Below, one piece after another: positions 57,509 to 64,000 of a stretch of DNA of 64,000 nucleotides. This stretch comes from Nitrospira sp. Lineage in GTDB: Bacteria > Nitrospirota > Nitrospiria > Nitrospirales > Nitrospiraceae. How positions within the stretch are numbered: the first letter of the stretch is position 1; every line of letters starts with the position of its first letter. The position numbers were made by a program, and so were the translations under genes. The stretch covers positions 1,760,001 to 1,824,000 of the forward strand of contig AP038806.1 in NCBI GenBank assembly GCA_047150005.1. The letters run 5' to 3'. Under the pieces are notes generated by a model that was not told where the DNA came from, ran no database searches, and saw only the letters and a program-made list of their open reading frames with translations.

Positions 57509-58030
57509 TCAGGCGGCCGGTTTGCCCACATGCTGGATGCTCTTCACGAGTTCCACGACCCGGTTCCGGATCTCCGGTGGAATTTCGGTGAACCGAACGC
57601 CCATTCCGGGGCTGAACGTGTATTGATCGGCCTTCGGACAGACCCATGCGACCAGGCCCTTGGCCGGCAGCCATTCGTTCGGGCTTTCCGGGAGGGAGAA
57701 CTCCATAGCGAGTTGGGTCCCGACGGCGAGAGGGGTCAGACTCTCGATGAAGAGGCCACCGCCTCCGATCCCACCGGCCCGACTTTCGAATTGCTGTCCC
57801 TCGGGAGTCTTGTACTTCACTCGAAATGACAGAGTGACTCGCGGTTCGGAGCGTGACTCACGTGCAGCCGGAGGCTTTCTATACGCAAGAATCTGGTCGA
57901 TCACGAAATCCCAGGAGAGATTTCCCATCGGTTCGCCGTTGATGGCCAGCAGGGTGACGATCTCCCGGGCTGAATCCATCTCGATCGTCTTACCCTTGTG
58001 CCTGAGGCTGGACACGACCTGATACTTCAC
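57509..58030 (-). CDS. PilZ-domain protein (paralog 1)
   Basis: RSEPR, GGGGLFIES, EFSLP, VAW, GMGVRF; GTG 58030. Confidence 0.85.
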   Translation of the reverse strand: MKYQVVSSLRHKGKTIEMDSAREIVTLLAINGEPMGNLSWDFVIDQILAYRKPPAARESRSEPRVTLSFRVKYKTPEGQQFESRAGGIGGGGLFIESLTPLAVGTQLAMEFSLPESPNEWLPAKGLVAWVCPKADQYTFSPGMGVRFTEIPPEIRNRVVELVKSIQHVGKPAA

Positions 58031-58204
58031 AGCTTCCCCCAGAGTGGCGATACAGCGCAAGTATAGCGCAGCATTTCCGCTTGTCGAGGAAAACCGCACA
58101 CTTATCAACGGCGGTCGGTCGGGAGTGGGGATGGGAGCGGAAAAGAAGCCTCCACCGATGGGGTCGCAGGGAGACGCGAAGAGCGGCGGGACGAATGGCC
58201 GGCC

Positions 58205-59461
58205 CTAGGCTGTCTTGGCGTCCTTGTCTTGCTCGAACATGCGGATCGGCGCGTGTTTCCCGAGGATCGCGTCCTCCGTGATGAGTACTTCTTTGATCTG
58301 TTTCTGGGATGGGGCGTCATACATCACGTCCAGCATGACTTCTTCCAAGATCGCCCGAAGACCCCGTGCGCCGGTTTTTTGCGTAAACGCTTTTCGCGCG
58401 ACAGCACTGAGGGCGCCCTCCGTGAACTTGAGCTTGATCTTCTCGAAGGACAGGAGTTTTTCATATTGCTTGGTCAGGGCGTTTCTCGGTTCCGTCAGGA
58501 TGCGGATCAGTGCGCGTTCGTCCAGCTCGTCGAGCGTGGCCACGATCGGAAGGCGGCCGACAAACTCGGGGATCAGACCGTATTTCAGGAAATCCTCCGG
58601 CTGCACTTGCTCGAACAGCTCGCCGAGCCGGATTTCACCTCGGCTCAGGATTTCAGCGCCGAATCCCATGGATTTTCTGTTCAGCCGCTGTTCGATGAGT
58701 TGCTCCAGCCCGACGAAGGCGCCGCCGCAAATGAACAGGATATTGCTGGTGTTGACCTGTATGAACTCCTGGTGAGGGTGTTTGCGACCCCCTTGCGGAG
58801 GCACATTGGCGACGGTTCCTTCGATCAGTTTGAGCAGCGCTTGCTGGACACCTTCACCCGAGACATCACGGGTGATTGAGGGGCTGTCGCTCTTCCGGCT
58901 GATTTTGTCGATCTCATCGATGTAGACGATGCCCCGCTCGGCCCGTTCGACATCATAGTCCGCCGCTTGAAGGAGTTTCAGGATGATGTTCTCGACGTCT
59001 TCGCCGACGTAGCCGGCTTCGGTCAGCGTAGTGGCGTCGGCCAGCGTGAAAGGCACATCCAGATACTTGGCCAATGTTTGCGCCAGCAGGGTCTTGCCCG
59101 TCCCCGTGGGGCCAACCATGAGGATATTGCCCTTCTGTAGTTCAACGTCGTCGACATCTTTTTCCTTGGCGGAGATACGTTTGTAGTGGTTGTGCACGGC
59201 GACGGAGAGAATGCGCTTCGCCCGTTCCTGTCCCACCACATACTGGTCAAGATGGTGCTTGATCTCCGCGGGTTTTTTCAGCTTGGACGAGATCTCTTCT
59301 TTGGCCTCTTCCCAGTCCTCCGCGATGATGTCGTTGCACAGGTTGACGCATTCGTCACAGATGTAGACGGTCGGCCCCGCGATCAACTTGCGGACCTCAT
59401 CGCGGCTTTTCCCGCAAAACGAACATCGCAGGTGTCGATCCATCTTTTCCTGCTTGGCCAT
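58205..59461 (-). CDS. clpX: ATP-dependent Clp protease ATP-binding subunit
   Basis: CSFCGK zinc finger, [29 protein letters not shown]. Confidence 0.98.
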   Translation of the reverse strand: MAKQEKMDRHLRCSFCGKSRDEVRKLIAGPTVYICDECVNLCNDIIAEDWEEAKEEISSKLKKPAEIKHHLDQYVVGQERAKRILSVAVHNHYKRISAKEKDVDDVELQKGNILMVGPTGTGKTLLAQTLAKYLDVPFTLADATTLTEAGYVGEDVENIILKLLQAADYDVERAERGIVYIDEIDKISRKSDSPSITRDVSGEGVQQALLKLIEGTVANVPPQGGRKHPHQEFIQVNTSNILFICGGAFVGLEQLIEQRLNRKSMGFGAEILSRGEIRLGELFEQVQPEDFLKYGLIPEFVGRLPIVATLDELDERALIRILTEPRNALTKQYEKLLSFEKIKLKFTEGALSAVARKAFTQKTGARGLRAILEEVMLDVMYDAPSQKQIKEVLITEDAILGKHAPIRMFEQDKDAKTA

Positions 59462-59484
59462 GCGTCCTCCTGCGCCAGTACCGG

Positions 59485-60114
59485 CTATTTATCCTTGGAG
59501 CCGTCCTTGTCCGATCCTACCGCTTTGAGGGCCTTGGGAGCGCGAGTGATGACCTCATCAATAAGGCCGTAGCGCTTGGCCTCCTCGCCGGACATGAAAT
59601 AATCCCGCTCCGTATCGAGGGCAATTTTCTCAATGGGCTGACCCGTGTGCTTTGCCATGATTTCATTCAGGCGTTCCCGGATCTTCAGAATTTCTCTGGC
59701 ATGAATGTCGATCTCGGTGGCCTGCCCCTGGAAGCCGCCCAACGGCTGATGGATCATCACGCGGGCGTTCGGCAAGGCGAAGCGCTTCCCCTTCGTGCCT
59801 GCGGTCAGCAGCAACGCTCCCATGCTGGCGGCCTGCCCGAGACAAATCGTATTGATCGGCGGTTTGACGTATTGCATCGTGTCGTAAATGCCGAGGCCGG
59901 CCGTGACGCTGCCGCCGGGCGAATTGACGTAGAGATTGATGTCCTTTTCCGGGTCCTCGGCCTCCAAGAACAGCAGTTGGGCGATGATCAGGTTGGCAAA
60001 GACGTCGTCGATCGGCGCTCCGAGGAAGATGATGCGGTCCTTCAACAGTCTAGAGTAGATATCGTAGGCGCGTTCGCCTCTGTTCGTTTGTTCGACGACG
60101 ATGGGAACTAGCAT
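59485..60114 (-). CDS. clpP: ATP-dependent Clp protease proteolytic subunit
   Basis: [29 protein letters not shown]. Confidence 0.98.
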   Translation of the reverse strand: MLVPIVVEQTNRGERAYDIYSRLLKDRIIFLGAPIDDVFANLIIAQLLFLEAEDPEKDINLYVNSPGGSVTAGLGIYDTMQYVKPPINTICLGQAASMGALLLTAGTKGKRFALPNARVMIHQPLGGFQGQATEIDIHAREILKIRERLNEIMAKHTGQPIEKIALDTERDYFMSGEEAKRYGLIDEVITRAPKALKAVGSDKDGSKDK

Positions 60115-60173
60115 GCAGGTTCTTCCTTTCCAGATTGTCCGGACGGTCTCGCGACCCCTCACCCGCTGTCAGG

Positions 60174-61496
60174 CTATCCTTGGATCACGGCGTTGCGATA
60201 GACGAAATCCAGAGATTTTTCGGCAAGAATGCGTGCCCGCAATTCTGCCAGAGAATCCTGGCCGCCCGCCTGGATCATCTTGACCAGGTCGCCATGGGCG
60301 ATCTTGAGTTCATGCGCGAGGCGATTGACCTCCTTGTCGACGTCTTCTTGGCTGACGGTAATCTTTTCCTTCTCGGCGATCGCTTCGAGAATCAAGCCGA
60401 CCTTCACCCGCCGCATCGCCTCATCCCGATTCTGCTGGCGGAGTTGTGCGGGATCGGCTGCCTCTGCACCTCCGGGAACATCGCTCCCGGCGCGCCGCTG
60501 CTGTTGGGCATATTGCCGGATGATGGCCTCCAATTCACGCTCAACCAGCGTGTCGGGAAGATCGAAGTGATGGGTGTCGACAAGGCGCTTGATGATCGTA
60601 TCTTTATGCAGTTCCTCGACTTCGCGCTTCAGCGCTTTCTCCAATTCGCCGCGCAGCCGTTCGGTGAGTTCAGCCAGAGAGGCATAGGCTCCGCAATCTT
60701 TGGCGAACTCGTCGTCGAGATCGGGCAGCTTCTTCACCTTCACGGCGCTCGCCACAAGCGTAAAGGTGACGGTCTTCCCGGCCACGCGAGGATCCGGGTG
60801 GCCGGCGGGGTAGGGCTGGGAAATCGTGACGCACTCTCCTTCCGTCTTGTCGACGACGTGAGGATCGATGTCCAGGCCCAAGAGCGTAGCCTTCGAACCG
60901 ACCCGATGCAGGTGCCCCTCTTTCTTGGTGCCATCCAACGGTTGGCCATCCAAGTGGCCAGCCAGCGACAGCACGACGAAATCCCCTTCGGCGATTCGAT
61001 GGCCGGCGGGAGCGGCTTCGAGCCGGGCATGCTGCTCACGTAGGACGTCCATGCCCTTCGCCACCTGCTCGTCCGTGACGCTGCGTTTGTCCGGTTTCAA
61101 GGAGATGGGATTCGGAGCTTTATAATCCCGCAATTCGATCGTTGGCTTGATCTCAACGGTGGCCGTGAAGGTAAACGGCGCGTCCTTCTTAATCTTGACC
61201 CGTTCCAGGGGCGGGATTTCCACCAGGACCGGAGAGATTCCGGCCTGACGGACGGCTCGGTCGTAAAAATCCGGGACAAGAGTCCGGACGACATCCTCCT
61301 CAACCGCTTTGGCATAGCGCTTTTCCAGCAGCGCGAGGGGAGCTTTCCCCGGGCGAAACCCCGGCATGTGCACCTGGCGATTCAGTTGCTTGTAGGCCTG
61401 GGTAAACCGCTGCGCGACTTCCTCTGCCGGCACTTCGATCTTGAGGGCCCGTTTCATCGGCCCCAGCTCGGTCATTTCCATTTTCATGGGCTGCAT
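60174..61496 (-). CDS. tig: trigger factor
   Basis: PGFRPGKAP ribosome-binding motif, LPDLDDEFA; upstream of clpPX. Confidence 0.96.
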   Translation of the reverse strand: MQPMKMEMTELGPMKRALKIEVPAEEVAQRFTQAYKQLNRQVHMPGFRPGKAPLALLEKRYAKAVEEDVVRTLVPDFYDRAVRQAGISPVLVEIPPLERVKIKKDAPFTFTATVEIKPTIELRDYKAPNPISLKPDKRSVTDEQVAKGMDVLREQHARLEAAPAGHRIAEGDFVVLSLAGHLDGQPLDGTKKEGHLHRVGSKATLLGLDIDPHVVDKTEGECVTISQPYPAGHPDPRVAGKTVTFTLVASAVKVKKLPDLDDEFAKDCGAYASLAELTERLRGELEKALKREVEELHKDTIIKRLVDTHHFDLPDTLVERELEAIIRQYAQQQRRAGSDVPGGAEAADPAQLRQQNRDEAMRRVKVGLILEAIAEKEKITVSQEDVDKEVNRLAHELKIAHGDLVKMIQAGGQDSLAELRARILAEKSLDFVYRNAVIQG

Positions 61497-61570
61497 TCAA
61501 TCCTTCTAGCTTGTCGTTGCCTTCTGTCGTTGTCAACGCCGGGCAGACGACATCTGCCTAGGCTTGGGCC

Positions 61571-61653
61571 TGGTGCGAGAGGGGGGACTCGAACCCCCAC
61601 GGTTACCCACGAGATCCTAAGTCTCGCGCGTCTGCCAGTTCCGCCACTCTCGC
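61571..61653 (-). tRNA. tRNA-Leu(TAG)
   Basis: Reverse complement GCGAGAGTGGCGGAACTGGCAGACGCGCGAGACTTAGGATCTCG...GGTTCGAGTCCCCCCTCTCGCACCA. Confidence 0.97.
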
Positions 61654-61942
61654 ACGGCGGGGAGTCCCGGAGTTCGGTCCCATCCTATTCAGCAAACAGG
61701 CGAAATTACACGCTCCTGTCGGTATTTTGTACCGTTGGACATGTGCGACTGTCAACCCATACTCCTGCGGGGCGGTCAGCGGGTTTGGGGGAAGGCGGCG
61801 GGAGGATTTCGGCGCGGACGGTCACGGCAGGCGACTTGTTACCCAGCTATTCCTATAAACCGGGTTTGCGGCGCCCAACAGAACCGGTATAATCGTCGAA
61901 GGCGTAGTTCATCGGCATGCTTACCCTCTGAAGAGGCCCGCC

Positions 61943-63031
61943 ATGCACGCTGCTCTACATGTGGCACTGACGACAGCATTCCTGCTTCTGTTTCTTGTCG
62001 ATCCGCCCCGTTCGCTCGCCTATCGGGATTATTTCACCGCGGAACAGAAAGCCCAACTCGAGAAGATTGAGACGGTGCAGGTCGAGGCTCTGATGCTGTC
62101 TGATAAAGGATCTGTCGATGCGGCGCCGATCGCCGAGCTTGTCGCTCGGCGACTGAGCGAGTTGGGGTATCGAACAGTCGGGGACCCAGGCAAGCCCCAC
62201 GACGCCCTGTTTAGGGTCAAATGCGAACAACGAAAGACCTGGGAGGGCACGACTGTCGCAGGGGGTGACGCGGACCTTCCTGATGCTCCGTCGCGCCTGT
62301 GGAAAGGTCCGGCCTGCCAACTGACCTATGTGTTGGGTGAACTGAAGGTCAGATGGCAGAAAGAGGTGCGGACCGACTTCGAGGATGCCATGTCAGCCAC
62401 GCAGACGGCCAATGCCGGCGACCCGGGCGTCTTTGCGATGGGCAAGTTGCGGGAGAAACTCGAGCAATATGATTTCCCGGTCCTGCTGACGGCTGAGTGG
62501 GGTCAGCCGGATCGATTACTGAAACTGTTGGAAGCGGCGGACACGCCGCAGATCCGTAAGCTCAAGATTATTTCTCTTCTGGGCGAAATGCAGGCGGATG
62601 AGGCGCTTCCGAAGCTCAAAGCCGCTCTCAAGGACAAAGATCTTTCCAAGCAGGCTGCAGTCGCGTTGGGCAACATGGGTAAGGAGGGCATTCCGATTCT
62701 GGTCGACATCTTGAAACATTCTAAGCAGCCGGAATTGCAGGCCGCTGCCGCCAAAGGTCTTGGAGATCTGGGAAACACGCACAACGATTCATCGGTGGTG
62801 CCGCCGCTACTGGAAATGTTGGACGCTCCCGGGGTGGATATCTCCGTCCAGACTGAAGTCGCATGGGCGCTTGGAAGGGTGCCGGACCGGCGGTCTGTCC
62901 AGCCACTCTTCGAACTCGATAAGAAACTCCAGAAAATCCGGCAAGACCCGGTGGATCCTCAGATCAAAAAACTCAAAGAAGCCGTGTTCTGGGCAATCAA
63001 GCAGGTATACACCGAGGACCAATACAGCTAG
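61943..63031 (+). CDS. exported HEAT-repeat protein
   Basis: Signal peptide ending SLA; C-terminal AAVALG/AAKGLG/VAWALG repeats. Confidence 0.82.
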   Translation: MHAALHVALTTAFLLLFLVDPPRSLAYRDYFTAEQKAQLEKIETVQVEALMLSDKGSVDAAPIAELVARRLSELGYRTVGDPGKPHDALFRVKCEQRKTWEGTTVAGGDADLPDAPSRLWKGPACQLTYVLGELKVRWQKEVRTDFEDAMSATQTANAGDPGVFAMGKLREKLEQYDFPVLLTAEWGQPDRLLKLLEAADTPQIRKLKIISLLGEMQADEALPKLKAALKDKDLSKQAAVALGNMGKEGIPILVDILKHSKQPELQAAAAKGLGDLGNTHNDSSVVPPLLEMLDAPGVDISVQTEVAWALGRVPDRRSVQPLFELDKKLQKIRQDPVDPQIKKLKEAVFWAIKQVYTEDQYS

Positions 63032-63344
63032 TCGGGAGCTCACGCTCCCCATTGGTGACAGGACAACCGGAGGCACTGGGCCGAGTCCAGGGTGAGATGC
63101 TTTCCTTGTCACCCGTGGCATCTCAATCAGATCCGATCGATCCATACCACGATGCTGAAACCACCCTTCCGGTTTTTCCGCTCGGCGGGGCTTGTCAGGA
63201 TGATCCGGCAATCCCGCACGCGGAAGTTCGTCTGTTCCAGATCTCTTTCTTCGCACGACAGGAAGACGCACGAATAATAGGACGATCTGAGATCCGGCTC
63301 TCCTTTGACATCGACGGTGGGCGCCGCAGATGAAGGAGGCGTTC

Positions 63345-64000
63345 ATGAGCCACGTTTCTCGTCGGGCGTTCTTGCAACTTTCGGCATTGACCGGCGCCAC
63401 GGTGCTATCAGGTGATTGGACGATTCGGGGATTAGACGGTCCTCCCCGCAGGGGCGCGGCATTGGCGGCCGAGCCGATCAAGATCGGAATCCTCGATCCA
63501 TTGTCCAGTCCGTACAAGACTTCGTCGATCCATGACGTGCACGGGGCCAATGTGGCCGTTGATCTCTTCAACAAGAGCGGCGGGGTGATCGGGCGGCCAG
63601 TGGTCCTGCTTGAGGCCGATGATGCATCCAATCCCGACACGGCGGTCAAGGCGGCGACCACGTTCATCCGTGACGATCGGGTCGATTTCTTGATGGGGAC
63701 GTTCAATGGAGAGTGCGCGCTTGCCGTCAGCGCCGTGGCTCATCAAGAAGGCAAGCTGTTCATGGTCACCGGTGCCTGTTTGCCGGAGCTGACCGGAGAA
63801 GCTTGCAACGCGCATACGTTCGTCTTCATGCCGCATGCCAGGATGCTCGCGGAAGCGGTCGTTCCCCAACTGATCAAAGCCCATGGAACCAGGTGGTACA
63901 TGATCACGGCAAACACGCTGGACGGGAAGACAGCCGCCCAGGCGGTACTCGATGCGGCGCAGCCTCACCATGTGCAGGTTGTGGGAGAAACCGTGCTGCC
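63345..64000 (+). CDS. ABC transporter substrate-binding protein, Leu/Ile/Val (type I PBP) family, Tat-exported (3' end outside window)
   Basis: AAGGAGG RBS; manual translation MSHVSRRAFLQLSALTGA...EPIKIGILDPLS...NKSGGVIGRPV...DDASNP. Confidence 0.88.
   Translation, partial: MSHVSRRAFLQLSALTGATVLSGDWTIRGLDGPPRRGAALAAEPIKIGILDPLSSPYKTSSIHDVHGANVAVDLFNKSGGVIGRPVVLLEADDASNPDTAVKAATTFIRDDRVDFLMGTFNGECALAVSAVAHQEGKLFMVTGACLPELTGEACNAHTFVFMPHARMLAEAVVPQLIKAHGTRWYMITANTLDGKTAAQAVLDAAQPHHVQVVGETVL

Noticed and set aside
57459..57674. Extension of the PilZ ORF 56943..57674 suggesting a frameshift fusion of the two PilZ genes
   Set aside because: Each gene has its own start and a homologous N-terminal domain. 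No slippery site seen.
63250..63290. Guanidine-II (ACGA tetraloop) riboswitch
   Set aside because: ACGA occurs several times but without the paired GC-rich hairpins required.
63052..63333. 93-aa ORF in the ABC-gene leader
   Set aside because: TTG start, no RBS and no recognisable motif. The region is better explained as non-coding.

Overview
GC-rich bacterial chromosomal window, most likely Nitrospira-like. That assignment is inferred from the nuoABCD-G-IJKL-M-M-N '2M' complex I cluster and the overall gene content. Housekeeping content: partial rplI, pyrE, priA, queE, pepA, nagZ, tig-clpP-clpX and three dispersed tRNA-Leu genes (CAG, GAG, TAG). An accessory-looking stretch follows tRNA-Leu(CAG) (~2.15-19 kb). 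It carries small genes, decayed fragments, an orphan contractile-tail sheath C-terminal domain, and a two-partner secretion pair: TpsB plus a ~2,940-aa adhesin-like TpsA with recent internal duplications. The middle of the window has a CHASE3 kinase/receiver/hybrid kinase cassette and a complex I operon that lacks nuoE, nuoF and nuoH. That operon has two nuoM genes, an extended NuoL lateral helix and an Fdh-like NuoG with no catalytic Mo ligand. The observations most worth following up are the stand-alone sheath domain, two independent pseudo-helicases (a Upf1-like SF1 protein and PriA), a tandem desulforedoxin-like protein with altered ligands, a TatA carrying a second TatA/B-like helix, heptamer inverted-repeat elements inside the nuo operon, a MITE-like palindrome in a tRNA leader, and a highly structured leader upstream of an ABC substrate-binding gene. 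I saw no CRISPR array, integrase, transposase or rRNA. All calls come from manual motif recognition; no database searches were run.
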